Shown: piece after piece, positions 48,378 to 62,179 of the stretch
Numbering within the stretch: position 1 is the stretch's first letter
How the letters are laid out: each line of letters starts with the position of its first letter
Assembly: GCF_001194135.2 (NCBI RefSeq)
Contig: NC_068996.1
Coordinates: 54,942,130-55,006,129 of the forward strand
Reading direction: 5' to 3'
Source of the DNA: Octopus bimaculoides
Taxonomy: Eukaryota
Length of the DNA: 64,000 nucleotides
Made by a program: the position numbers and the translations under genes
The notes under the pieces: generated by a model
Seen by the model: only the letters and a program-made list of their open reading frames with translations
Told to the model about the DNA's origin: nothing
Databases searched by the model: none

Positions 48378-49014
48378 GGATCCATTTCAAAACGGGGGCA
48401 CCAGTATTTTCTTAACGAAACACTAACGAAACACTTTGAAACTTGGGACACTGGTAGAATGTGTCATATAAAACATCTTTTACTCTTAGTCTTCTTAACA
48501 AAAAAACGTACATCGCAAGTTATTCCATGTTAAAGTTGTCGTATTTCTGTAATTTCAACCAATCACGGACGTCTATTCAGCTGAATAGAGTTACTGCTGG
48601 GCGGTCATAAAAATGTTATTCCCTGTGACATATTTCATCCGGTTCAATCGTAATTTATACGCATATATTGTTTATATAATAAATTACGCTGTGCGTATCT
48701 ATGTGTGTAACAATTTTAGAGTTCGGATTCTAGAGTTAGGGTTAGGGTTACGGTTAACAGTCTAGTTAGGGTTAGGGGATTAATACGATATACACCGTTA
48801 CAGTGCTAACTGTTTTCAACTGAATAGACGTCAGTGATTAGTAGAAATTATCGAAATAAGACAATTTTTTACATGAAATAAATCCGAATACAAAAATTTT
48901 TTTCTGTTCTATAACACAAAATAGATAAGTATACGAAGTTTGAAAGTCTTTCGGTACCAAAAACACTACTTAAAACATAAATGAAAACTGGTGCCCCCGT
49001 TTTGAAATAGATCC
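48378..49014. mobile_element. 637-bp non-autonomous DNA transposon with 28-bp TIR and 8-bp TSD
   Basis: TIR GGATC(C/T)ATTTCAAAACGGGGGCACCAGT with 1 mismatch; AAAAGGTT duplicated at 48370-48377 and 49015-49022; superfamily not assigned. Confidence 0.9.
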
Positions 49015-50129
49015 AAAAGGTTTGCTGTACTCCACATATGCTTAATCTCTAGATAGCATATTCCAATTAAAACAAAAATGTATCAAACTCTCCCTTTAAC
49101 AATCAAATGCATGAAAGTAAAGAAATTTGCATCCTACTAGCTTCCTTAGAAGGCATATGAAAATAAAATCTGAATCTGGAGGGGTTTGTAGTCACAGATT
49201 TAGAATTATTAGTGGTAATAATTATACACAGATTCACTACACCCTTTGCACAATGCCTGCAATTAGAAACTAGTTCAAAGTCACGATTCAGTAATGTAAG
49301 ATTAGAATAAAGGATTTCATATGATATGTACAAGTGTAGTTTTGTCAGAGATACAATTTTGCAGTTCAGATTACTAGGTGTTTTTAGACATTGAAGAAGA
49401 CCCAACATCAATAAAGACATATCAACTTTTACAGTTTTTATTCTCTATATTTTTTGAAAATTTGACTTAAGCTTGTGCAAGAAAAGGTATTTTGGTATTT
49501 GCGGGGGAAAATAGGCTTCTTTGTGAATTTAAAGAAATTAGTTACAAAGAAATAGTTCAAGGAATAGGACAAGAGTTATGGGGAAACAACTCAGACTTTT
49601 AGAGTTAGGGGAAATTACAAGGTTAAATGAGTAGATAAAAATGTAAAAATTTAGACCAAATGCAAACTAAAATATAAAGAGATAAAATACATTGTTCCCT
49701 CCCCTCAATTATAGATACATACACACACACACATATTTTTGTCTGTATTTATGTACAAATGTGTCAACAGCATTCTTGTTGAAGAATAATGTACTCCACA
49801 AAAAGTATTGGATAATTCTTCAGTTTAATGTAAAATTGTTAGCTGCAGTTTTCAGGGAGTGTACACTTGCTAGAACCTAATTTCTCAAGAAGAAAAATCC
49901 GCACTAGGATTTAAAACTTCCAAAAATTGTTTGACATTACTTGTGGGAGAATTTGGTCCCAGTAATATGAAATTAAAACTCCTACTCATACATGCGGCGA
50001 GAAAATCCATGGCTTTTGAAGGCTTACTCAAAGTTTAATCTACTTCTGATTTAGCATTCAAACAAGAGACATGGATGACAAAGAGTCTTCACAAAGAGTG
50101 GTTTATGAACATTTTTTTTAGTTTTTAAT

Positions 50130-50170
<41 letters not shown>

Positions 50171-50344
50171 GTATAGGCAAGGGAGAATTATGCATCCAGA
50201 TACACACACACACGGTTCATCCTCATCAGCTTTAGTAAAGAACATCAGCCTATAACATACACACAGTGGGATCATACCACTAATGGGGTTCAAACATCTT
50301 GACCACATAGCCCTACCTGCACGTGTAATATTGTGCCAATGTAC

Positions 50345-50535
50345 ATATTAATTTCAAATTTTGGCACAGCCAGCAAGTTTGGGGGTAAGTCAATGACATC
50401 AACCCATGTTCAACTAGTACTGTATCGACTCCCAAAAGAGTGAAAGGCAAAGAATTACCTCAGTGGAATTTGAATATAAAGACGGACAAAATGCCGACGA
50501 GCATTTTGCCCAGCACACTAACGATTCTGCCAAAC
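50345..50535 (-). mobile_element. SINE family 2, diverged copy
   Basis: Reverse complement ggcagaatcgttagtgtgctgggcaaaatgctcg..ttcaaattccactgagg. Confidence 0.72.
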
Positions 50536-50574
50536 GACGTATAGACACACATACATATGCACAACATCATTTAC

Positions 50575-51630
50575 TGTTTGTCGTCCATGCGGAATTAAAT
50601 GTCATGGGATGATATATCACAAACTGCATGACCTTGGTATTAGGGGAATGGCTAAACCAGACAGCCTCACTCAACAGCTACACTGATGATACAAAAACAT
50701 CACAAGCAGACCAGAACCTAAATGATATTTTAAAACTATAAAAAAGATTCAAATACAATATACTAGTGGGTTGAAGAAAACAAGCAGTTCAATTCTGCCA
50801 AGTTTCAAGCACTCCAATATCAAACCACAAACAGAATACAAAAGACAGAGGGTACTGCAATCTCAGTGTCAAAGTTGGTGTGTGACCTGGGAATCCACAT
50901 GAGTAATGATGCATCATTCCATGTGCATATTACTACGATGGCAATAATGTGCTGGCAACTGACTGGTAGGATCCCGAGATCCTTCAGAACAGAAAAATGA
51001 AACCATGTTGCCCTTATGGAGAACATTCATGTTCTGACACTTATGTTACTGCTCCTAATTATGGTTGCCAAAAAGTATCCACTTAACAAAACTAGAGGCA
51101 AGCCAATGCCACTACACCAAGATTGCCTCAATGCAACAGATGAGCTACTGGGAGAGGCTAAAAGAGCCAAGACTACTTTCCAGAGAGAAGACATGAAGGA
51201 CATGCAACGGTGTGTGTGTGTGTGTGCACGCAGGGAAGATCCTACAAAGTTTAGCCCCCAACTTTGGTAAAGAAGGCTATACCAAACTTTGGATTGAACT
51301 ACACTGCACAGTACCAAAGATCTCACCCTCTCTATCTGCCTACTAAAGAGAGTAAGGACACAATACAGTAGTTACAGCCTACGGTTTAGAGGCCCACAAC
51401 TTTTCAATACTTTGCCAAAGAGCACCAGAGATCCAGAAGCAGATATTAAAGAATACTTAGACAAATTTTTAATCTTTTAGACCTGATGAGCCCACAGCAA
51501 GAAATGCAAAGAGCAACTCTGTCCAAACTTGCTACTTCAACTGATTTCAGAGAGAAGGCAGGGAAATGAGTCTAAAACAAATACTAACACTAATGGTAAT
51601 TCCCCAGTGTGGTTACAGCCTCAGGTTAAA
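50575..51630 (+). mobile_element. Decayed CR1/L2-type LINE RT fragment
   Basis: YTDDTK (50679-50696), FNSAKFQAL, DLGIHMSNDASFHVHI, FRGPQLFNTLPKS, PDEP; frameshifts. Confidence 0.8.
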
Positions 51631-51667
51631 ACCAATGAAAGAATGTGTTTATGAAAAATATAATATA

Positions 51668-52492
51668 TGTAGGCATAAGAGTGGCTGTGTGGTAAGTAGC
51701 TTGCGAGTAGGTCTACATGGCCTCCGCAGGTTATAAATGACAACATAATGACAAAAGTCACGGAAAAATATAACCACCAAGATTTCTTTTACCTCACCGC
51801 AAATTCAAGCCTAACAATAGACACTTGTTTGGCAGGGGCAGCATATCTGCTTGTGGAGGGGTGGAATGAGGAAAATTATGATATTTTTAATTGTTAATAT
51901 ATTGAAATTGTGTAAAAATTGTAATTTTAAAAGGGGGGGAAAAAAAGAACAATGTTTTCGAGGGGTTATCAGTCGGCGGGCGCTGGTGCCTCTCTCATTA
52001 TTTGTTTCATCCTTATCACCCTCATATCATTAATGTCCAGCTACTTTATGTTTGTCTGTCTGTCTGTCCCCTCTATATAACGCTGTTAATGGCGAAATTT
52101 ATTGAAATAAAGTAGCTTGCTTACCAACCACATGGTTCCAGGTTCAGTCCCACTGCATGGCACCTTGGGCAAGTGTCTTCTACTATAGCCTCGGGCCGAC
52201 CAAAAGCCTTGTGAGTGGATTTGGTAGACAGAAATTGAAAGAAGCCCGTCGTATATATGTATATATATATATATGTATGTATGTATATGTGTTTACGTCC
52301 CTGTGTTTGTCCTCCCACCATCGCTTGACAACTGATGCTGGTGTGTTTACGTCCCTGTGAATTAGCAGTTCAGCAAAAGCGACTGATAGAATAAGTACTA
52401 GGCTTACAAAGATTAAGTCCCGGGGTCGATTTACTCAACTAAAGGCAGTGCTCCAACATGACCACAGTCAAATGACTGAAACAAGTAAAATA
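51668..52492 (+). mobile_element. SINE family 1 interrupted by a 405-bp insertion
   Basis: Head 51668-51704 resumes at 52110; AAGTAGCTTGC is duplicated. Confidence 0.85.
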
Positions 52493-52565
52493 GTATATAA
52501 ATAGAGTACACACACAGATGTCTTGATAATCTTTGGAAACTAAGGAATAATTTTGGATTATAATA

Positions 52566-53843
52566 TCAGGTTGTCCCATAAGTTCTGTCTGATTTTACCT
52601 TTTTAAAAATTGAATGAAATTTAATAATATTTTAGAATGTCTAATGGAATTAAAAATTATTTTTATGCATTTGTGTACATTTAAATTAATTAAATATTAT
52701 TTTACAGAATAATAGAATTAAAATTTCTTTCTAACATGGAAGTATCCGAAGAGCATTTGAGGCACATAATGCTTTATGAGTACAAAAAAGGAAACTCAGC
52801 AGCCGAAGAGACTCGAAACATACACTAAGTTTATGAGAAAGAATACTTGAATGAAAGAACTTGCAAAAGATGGTTTGCAAAATTCAGAAGTGGAGATTTC
52901 AGCCTTAAAGATGAAGATCGAACAGGATGTCCAGTTGAGTTTGATGATAANNNNNNNNNNNNNNNNNNNNNNNNNNNNNNNNNNNNNNNNNNNNNNNNNN
53001 NNNNNNNNNNNNNNNNNNNNNNNNNNNNNNNNNNNNNNNNNNNNNNNNNNNNNNNNNNNNNNNNNNNNNNNNNNNNNNNNNNNNNNNNNNNNNNNNNNNN
53101 NNNNNNNNNNNNNNNNNNNNNNNNNNNNNNNNNNNNNNNNNNNNNNNNNNNNNNNNNNNNNNNNNNNNNNNNNNNNNNNNNNNNNNNNNNNNNNNNNNNN
53201 NNNNNNNNNNNNNNNNNNNNNNNNNNNNNNNNNNNNNNNNNNNNNNNNNNNNNNNNNNNNNNNNNNNNNNNNNNNNNNNNNNNNNNNNNNNNNNNNNNNN
53301 NNNNNNNNNNNNNNNNNNNNNNNNNNNNNNNNNNNNNNNNNNNNNNNNNNNNNNNNNNNNNNNNNNNNNNNNNNNNNNNNNNNNNNNNNNNNNNNNNNNN
53401 NNNNNNNNNNNNNNNNNNNNNNNNNNNNNNNNNNNNNNNNNNNNNNNNNNNNNNNNNNNNNNNNNNNNNNNNNNNNNNNNNNNNNNNNNNNNNNNNNNNN
53501 NNNNNNNNNNNNNNNNNNNNNNNNNNNNNNNNNNNNNNNNNNNNNNNNNNNNNNNNNNNNNNNNNNNNNNNNNNNNNNNNNNNNNNNNNNNNNNNNNNNN
53601 NNNNNNNNNNNNNNNNNNNNNNNNNNNNNNNNNNNNNNNNNNNTGATTTTACCTTTTTAAAAATTGAATGAAATTTAATAATATTTTAGAATGTCTAATG
53701 GAATTAAAAAGCTTGTAAATAGATGGAAGGAAGTCATAGATAATCAGGGAAAGTACATTGATGATTAAATTTCAATTAAATATAACATTTGATCACTTGT
53801 TTTCTTTATTCAAAATTCGGACAGAACTTATGGGAAGACCTGA
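52566..53843 (+). mobile_element. Mariner transposon (about 1.28 kb span, central N gap)
   Basis: TA-flanked 31-bp TIR with 4 mismatches. ATG at 52736: MEVSEEHLRHIMLYEYKKG..*..ERTCKRWFAKFRSGDFSLKDEDRTGCP; C-terminus GIKKLVNRWKEVIDNQGKYIDD-stop. Confidence 0.92.
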
Positions 53844-54480
53844 TAGTATTCTGCATTTTTCTTTTTTACAAAACAGTATATTTTCATTATTATCAATATT
53901 CGAAATTAAATACATTCTCTTAGGACTAGATATGAATTTGAAACAACTGCTAACTAACTACATGACTTTTTGTTTGGTAACAGTGTATGCCATCTTGGGA
54001 AAGTGTCTTCAACTACATACTATAGAGATGGATCCAATAAAGCCTTGGGAGTGGATTTAGTTGATGGTAACTAAAAGAGAACTGTGTATATGTGCACGGG
54101 AGCCAGTCCAGCGGCACTGGCAACGACCTTGCTCGAATGGCACCCCAACGACAACTATCCCCCTTGGTTAATTACCCCTTCTCCAATATATTAAGTTTTA
54201 AATCATCATCTGTTGTCCTCGGGGGTAATTGTCCATGGAGGGTAAATGCCCTAGACTCATATATGTATGTGTGCATGTCTGTGTTTGTCCCCCCGCCATT
54301 GCTTGACAACCGATGCTGGTGTGCTTATGTCCCCGTAACTTAACAATAGAACAAGTACTAGGCATACAAAGAATAAATCCAGAGGTTGATTTTCTTCTAC
54401 TAGACACCCTTAAAGGTGGTGCTCCAGCATGGCTATAATCAAATGACTGAAACAAGTACAAGAATATAGATATCTGTGTA

Positions 54481-54541
<61 letters not shown>

Positions 54542-54574
54542 GCATATGTGTGTGTGTGTGTGTGCGTGTGTGTG

Positions 54575-54606
<32 letters not shown>

Positions 54607-55147
54607 TCTTTTATTTGCTTCAGTCATTAGACCATGTCCATGGGGTGTCACCTTGAAGAACTTTTAGTCAAATGAACTGACCCATCCATTTTTGTTCTAA
54701 AGCCTGGTACACATTGTATCGGCCTCTTTTGCAAAACCATTAAGCTATATTATGCATGGAAGACAAATGTTAAACGGTGATGATGATGATGATATATATA
54801 TATATAAATGTATATACATATATATTGCGGAGATGTACTTGCATAGCAAGTGACCTGATCTGAGATTGTGTGCTGGAACGAAAACAATTGCAGCGTGGAA
54901 GGTGTTTATAAGCCATTTAAAATAACACACAAAATCCATTAGATTCACTTCAACATTTAAATTTAATTTGTCAAAATATTTTCGTCGCTTTGAGACCGCG
55001 ACCTGTTCACTGACAAAATTCTGCAAAGCTTACAAAAAATACAACACAGAAAGAAGGTAAAAAACAAAAACAAAAAAACTGGTATTCATTCAACACTCAG
55101 GAAATGTCCACAATATTTCAAGTATTCACTATTCAGCTGATTATATA

Positions 55148-56290
55148 TCATCATCATCGATTAACGTCCGCTTTCCATGCTAGCATGGGTTGGACGATTT
55201 GACTGAGGACTGGCGAACCAGATGGCTCCAATCTGATTTGGCAGTTTTTACAGCTGGATGCCCTTCCTAACGCCAACCACTCCGAGAGTGTAGTGGGTGC
55301 TTTTACGTGCCACCGGCACGAAGGCCAGTCAGGTGGTACTGGCAATGGCCACGCTCAAAATGGTGTATATTATGTGCCACCTGCACAGGAGCCAGTCCAG
55401 CAGCACTGGCAACAATCTCGCTCAAATGTCTTTTCACGTGCTAGGAAGGCGACGCTAGTAACGATCACACTGAAATGGTGCTATTTACGTGCCACTGGCA
55501 CGGAAGCCAGACAGCTGCTCTCTCAACGATCACGCTCGTACGGTGCCCTTAGTGCTCCACTGGTGCAGGTGCCATCACGATTTCGCTTGCCCCAACAGGT
55601 CTTCGCCAGCCGAGTTTAGTGTCCAATGAAGGAAAGGTACGCATAAGTGGGCTGGCTAGATTCCTGGCAGAGGCCTTGGATTTTGGTCTCACTTGGCTTG
55701 CTGGGTCTTCTCATGAACAGCATATTTCCAAAGGTCTCGGTCAGAAGTCATTGCCTTCGTGCTTCACCACCTCATCACAGGTCTTCCTGGGCCTGCCTCT
55801 TCCACAGGTTCCCTCAACCTCTAGGGTGTGGCACTTTTTCACACAGCTATCCTCATCCATTCTCGCCACATGACCATACCAGCACAATCGTCTCTCTTGC
55901 ACACCACAACTGATGCTTCTTAGGTCTAACTTTTCTCTCAAGGTACTTACACTCTGTCGAGTATGCACACTGACATTACACACCCATCGGAGCATACTGA
56001 CTTCATTCCTTGCGTGCTTACACATGTCCTCAGCAGTCATGGCCCATGTTTCACTGCCATGTAGCATGGCTGTTTGTACACATGCGTCATACAGTCTGCT
56101 TTTTACTCTGAACAAGAAGCCCTTTGTCACCACCAGAGGTAAGAGTTCTTTGAACTTTGCCCAGGCTATTCTTAATCTAGCAGCTACACTTTCAGCGCAC
56201 TCTCCCCCGCTACTAACTTGGTCACCTAGGTAGCAGAAGCTATCAACTACTTCTAGTTTTTCACCCTGGAGTGTGGTAAAGGTTGTATTT
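55148..56290 (-). mobile_element. 5'-truncated RTE LINE copy
   Basis: 184-aa ORF 55741-56295 (RT C-terminus), 3' UTR subrepeats, (GAT)n tail. Confidence 0.93.
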
Positions 56291-56304
56291 TGCACATTTC
56301 TTAT

Positions 56305-56508
56305 TTTTTACTTGTTTCATTCATTAGACTGTGGACTTGCTGAGACACCGACTTTTTAGTTGAATGAAACAAACCCAGTACTTTTTTTTTTAAAGCCTAA
56401 TATTTACTCTATCAATCTCTTTGCTGAACCACTAAGTTACAGGGATACAAACACACCAACACCAGTTGTTAAGTGACAGAGGACAAACATAGGTACAAGA
56501 CCCTCCCC

Positions 56509-56551
<43 letters not shown>

Positions 56552-56698
56552 GATAGGCTTCTTTCAGTTTCTGTCTACCAAATCCACTCGCTATGCTTTG
56601 GTCAGCCTGAGGCTATAGTAGAAGACACTTGACGAAAGTGCTATGCAACGGGACTGAACCCAGAACCATGTGGTTGGGAAGCAACCTTCTTACCACAT
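56305..56698 (-). mobile_element. SINE family 1
   Basis: Collinear with consensus; central (TA)n. Confidence 0.82.
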
Positions 56699-57142
56699 AT
56701 ATATCCTCATTGTTTTAACATCTACTTTCCCATGCTTGCATGTGTCAGATGAGAATACATTGGGACTAGTTTTTTAAAAGCCAAATGCCATTCTTGTTGC
56801 TAATACCTACACGAGTCCAAGTGAGGCAGTAACCTTCCAGTCTATCAAACAACAAACAGCCCAAACATGTTTTTTACTGGTAGAACCAGAAACGAGCAAC
56901 ACCATATGTTTACAAAGATCAGGCAACATTCCAAGAAGCCCTGACACATGTCTTGTCATGCAAACAATACCATCAGGATGCTATTGTTTACAAACCAATG
57001 ACTGCATGAGAGGTACAAACTCACTATGTGTGCATGCACAGATCACATTTTCTAGGGCCATGCTGATGTACAGGTGATCAGCATTATCCTGGAAAGAATT
57101 GCTTCATAAGTCAAAGTACCACCAAATATAAAACCATAGTTT

Positions 57143-57533
57143 ACTCTTTTACTGGTTTCAGTCATTTAACTGCGGCCATGCTGGAGCACCGCCTTTAGTC
57201 GAGCAACTCGACCCCAGGACTTATTCTTTGTAAGCCTAGTACTTATTCTATCGGTCTCTTTTTGCCGAACCGCCAAGTTACAGGGACGCAAACACACCAG
57301 CATTGGTTGTCAAGCGATGTTGGGGGGACAAACACAGACACAAACACACATATATATATATATACACATATACGACGGGCTTCTTTCAGTTTCCGTCTAC
57401 CAAATCCACTCACAAGGCTTTGGTCGGCGAAGGCTATCGTAGAAGACACTTGCCCAAGGTGCCACGCAGTGGGACTGAACCCAGAACCATGTGGTTGGTA
57501 AGCAAGCTACTTACCACACAGCCACTCCTGCGC
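57143..57533 (-). mobile_element. Young full-length SINE family 1
   Basis: Retains many CpGs; complete head, core, microsatellite and tail. Confidence 0.92.
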
Positions 57534-59062
57534 CTGGAAAAGAAATTACCAATATCTCAAGATGCTTATGATTAAAGATCCAGAGTAACTGAGGTACATA
57601 TAGGGGGGGGGTCTTGGTCAGAAAGAGAAAGATGAAAGGGTATTGGATTGATGGAGAAGCTCTGGAGAGAGGACAGTGCAAGGGAATGGTGGATAACTGC
57701 AAGCAAGTGGGTATCCCAAATGGTGACATGAGAAGCATAATAGGATAAATGGGTTAAGGAGACAGATAGAGGGACAAGTAGATTGATAAAGATGGGCCAA
57801 TACACTATCATATGAAGGATGGAGATAGGTAGTGTGTTGGGAGGTGGTACAGCAAGGTGGCTATTCATAGTTTGCAAGTTTCATAAACACACACATATAT
57901 ATACATCCCCCATGCATACATATGTATACATACATGCATATACAAAAGTTGTTCATTTGGGAGTTTTGTTAAATTGTCCACATACTTCACACTTTCAAAG
58001 ATGAGTGGAATAAAACGTCTTTTACAAGCAAGGGTTAGTAACAGGAAGTGCATCTGGCTGTAAAACAATGCCTCGATAATCTATACACCTAACCCATGCT
58101 TACATAGGCACACATGTTCACACACGCATCTCACTAATTACTCCAAAGTTGGTTTGTAGGTTGACTTCTGTCACACTTTACATCATATAGAGAGGTGAGA
58201 GAGAGTAAAAGAAAGATACAGAGGGAGTTAACACAGGAGGTTCAGGATGAATGTGCATACTAGGATTGGTGGCAGACAATGAGTAATGAAATGCCATAGT
58301 CAGAAAAATTCATGGAAGAAGAGAAGGAGTAAATGACTAGTTATGAGTGGAGTCATACATATGAGAAATTTGTTTTGTTTAATTTTATTTTAAGGAAATT
58401 AAATATTTCTCTTTTGAAAATTATTTTTCATTTCATCGTTTTGAATAATTATCAAGAAATTTTTATAAAACATCAAATTGTAATTATCATAATTATGCCA
58501 AGTATCCTGATATTACCTATGGTGATGAAATTATATTACAAAAGTTCATATGAAGGGTAATATATGTGCGTGTGTGAGTGTATATGAGAGAGAAGGCAAG
58601 ACAGCTAGATAAATGTATTTTTATACATCTGCTACCAGTTAACTTTCCCTCTCCTTGGAAACGCTTTCTTTTGATAGCCATCCTTCATTCTTGAGAATGT
58701 TCCTCTCCATTCCCATTTTCCACTGAACACCACTTTGTCTGCAAGTCATCACTCCCTGTCTTTTAAGCCACTTCTAAGTGACGCCCATGCCTCATTTTTA
58801 ACATCTCCTATTGACTACCTCTCATCTTTGTAGACAAACTCTTGCTCTCCACATTACTCACCTGAACATCTCCACCCCTTTCAATATATATCTCACCCTT
58901 CTACCACAATCCTTTATCCAATCACCCCCCCCCCCCCATCTACTATACTATTCTGCTGCTCTTCAATTTTTCTGCCAGTCATCACCTCCTCTCCTCTCAG
59001 CTATTCTAATCACCTTGCCTGCCACTCATACTTACCACCATCAACCCTCCAAACCTCAATCT

Positions 59063-59435
59063 TATTCTTTTACTTGTTTCAGTCATTTGACTGCGGCCAT
59101 GCTGGTGCACTGCCTTTTTAGTTGAACAAATCAACCCCAGGACTTATTCTTTGGAAGCCTAGTATTTATTCTATCAGTCTCTTTTGCTGAACTGCTAAAT
59201 TACGAGGACATAAACACACCAACACCAGTTGTCAAGTGATAGTGGGGTGGGGGACAAATACAGACACACAAATAGATATATACATATGGTGGGCTTCTTT
59301 CAGTTTCCATCAACCAAATCCACTCACAAGGCTTTGGTTGGCTCAAGGCTATAGAAGAAAACTTGCCCAAGGTTCCACACAGTGGGACTGAACTTGGAAC
59401 TATGTGGTTGGGAAGCAAGCTTCTTACCACATGTC
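59063..59435 (-). mobile_element. SINE family 1
   Basis: Collinear with consensus. Confidence 0.85.
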
Positions 59436-59636
59436 CATGAACATCTATTGTTCACTTTTCACCCCTAACCCATTTCACACACACTGATTTTTTTGTCCCC
59501 ATACTCTCCTCTTCATCTTCATGTACTTTGAGGATATACTTTGATGCCTCATCATCACCTTGTTTATCTCTTCAGTTCCACCACCATAACTTCCACCCAC
59601 CCTTACATAATGCAAGGTAGCCACATATCACTTGTA

Positions 59637-59845
59637 ATCATCATCATAATTTAACGTCCGCTTTCCATGCTAGCAATGGGTTGGACGATTTGACTGAGGA
59701 CTGGCAAACCGGATGGCTACACCAGGCCCCAATCTGATTTGGCANNNNNNNNNNAAACCGGATGGCTACACCAGGCCCCAATCTGATTTGGCAGAGTTTC
59801 TACAGCTGGATGCCCTTCCTAACACCAACCACTCCAAGAGTGTAG
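59637..59845 (-). mobile_element. RTE 3' tail across a 10-N gap
   Basis: Family tail sequence; 38 nt repeated on both sides of the gap. Confidence 0.8.
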
Positions 59846-61753
59846 TCATGTGGTTGGCATTACAAAGGACTTCCTGTCATAGAAGCCATGCCAAAACTAA
59901 GACAATGGAACAAGACATGATCCTCCAACATGTTGGATCCTGTTAAACCATAATCCATCCAGGACGGAAATGGACTTGAGATGAAAGGATACATGTATCT
60001 ATAGTTATAAATCTCTCTCTCTCTCTCTCTCCCTCCCTCTCCCTCTCTCTAAAGGATCCAATATGCCCAGAGACTGTCAAGTTCCAATGACTGCTCTTGC
60101 AGAGTTTGCTGTGATTGGATACCCTTCCTATCACCAGACACTTTGCTGAGTGTACCAAGTGCTTTTTCCATGGCACCAGCACAAGTGAGGCTACCAAATA
60201 ACTCAAAAAATAGATTTTTTTAAATTATCAACTGAGTGGCAGTGTTGTAGATAGGTAGGTCTTACGTTCAAAGAGACTAAAATGTAACAGAGACAGATAT
60301 CTTCCTGAGAGGAAATACATAGCTACCCTGCATTATACAAAGCCAGATGGGAGTAGCTGGAAAGAGAGACAAGGTGTATGGTTAACTTTGCAAGAGATTG
60401 AAAGGAAAGTTACAGATGCTTAAAGAGGTGAATGTAGTGGATAGTATTAGAGAGTTGAGACATGGTAGGTAATTTACCAGATTTTGGAGAGAAAGTGATA
60501 GGAAATACAAGTGGAGGTGTGATGGCATACAGAAATGGTGGAGAGCAGCAGAACAAATCTTGGGAGATAGGGATTGGGTAAAAATGTAAGGAGGAAAAAG
60601 AGGCACAGTAAAAGAGATGGAAAGCAGAGGTAAATAAGAGTGATTAGTAAACAAAGGAGGGGAAAATTGGTGGCAGACATGAGAAGGTGTTAAGAATAAG
60701 GTGTAGCGGTCATAAGATGTAGCTCAGGGAAAAGTAGTGATAACTGTTGGCAGAGAAGGAGTAAACAGTAGGAAAATATATGGGAGAGGATGATATCGAA
60801 AAAGAATAGGTGATGAGAAGTGGTTCCAGGAAGAGAATGACTAGCAATATTAAAAAAGGGTTTGAAATAGGTAGTTCTACACTCAAAACAACAGCAGCTG
60901 AATAGTACCATCATTAGAGGAAGGATGGGTAACAAGATGAAAGAATGATAAAAGGGTTGACAGGGGCAGGTTGGGTACCTTGTTTTGTGCATATACATGT
61001 AAACATAATGCTTTTAGGGCTACATTTTCACAATCATGGGTGTGGTTTTTTGAGTATAGTCAATTGTGCTTTGTCATCTTTTATATGAAGCTCAACATCC
61101 AATGATCAGCATTCACTACTTCATCCTACATCTTCCTCTTCTACGAGTCCTAACTACATTTAGCACTCAGCACTGCTTTATATAATTGCCTCAACAATAC
61201 ATATTACAGAATTAAACCAATGCAGCCTCTCGCAAGACATCTGATTTTTGTCATTCCTAATATCTCTCTCAACAAATTTGTACCTCATTGTACATGTCTT
61301 TGCAACCCAAGCCTCACTAACATGTAGCATTGCTATTCATACACAACCATCATGCAATCTTACACTCACAGAGAGGAGGGGAGGAAGAGAGAGCATTTAG
61401 TTACCAACTGGGGTTATAACTGAACTTTTGCCAACCTGTTCTTACTCTGACTACTATACTCTTAGAACATCCTCTTCAACTGTCATTAGGTCACAAAGGC
61501 AACAGAAACTATCTACTACCTCTAGGAAGCCTCCAGGTCTTTCAAAGAAATTTATTTTCCATGTTCTTAGAGTTTCAAAATTCAAAAAGATTTTTTGAAT
61601 GCTGTTATGCTATGTCACAAACTGAGAAATTCCACAAAATGCTGGGAACATCCCAAATCAGGTGAGTTAACCACTTAGCAGTCTTTGTTGTCAGCACATG
61701 TCCTCTGCTATAGCCTCGAGTTCATCTGGCCCACACAAAACTGAAGTAAATTC

Positions 61754-61811
<58 letters not shown>

Positions 61812-62179
61812 CACATGTGTTTGAGTCTCTTCCTGTTGTCATTGTAGGCCAGTTGTAAACAAATGACATCTTCATATTAGCAGTGCTGTTTGGGCATGTT
61901 GCCACCAGGAAGGGTATCCATGTATGGAATATGGATGCTAAATGATTACACACAAATGCATTTATATACATCAAATGATGCTGTTTAACTTTATACTCAG
62001 TTCTTCCCAACTGAAGGAAAAAAAATCAAAGCATGTCAAGTACCACTCTGAGACATACTAGCAATATACATTGAGAAACCTCTGCAATACTTTATGGACT
62101 GTCTCACGAGAGTTTATCAAAAAACCATTATTTTGAAGATTTCAAAACTGCTGGACCTTGATTTTGGGCATTCACCCAC

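Noticed and set aside
51482-51520. CTGATGAGCC..GAAA, hammerhead-like
   Set aside because: It is the PDEP codons of the CR1/L2-type ORF end; no stems form.
59707-59792. 38-nt direct repeat either side of 10 Ns
   Set aside because: Typical unmerged contig overlap, an assembly artefact.
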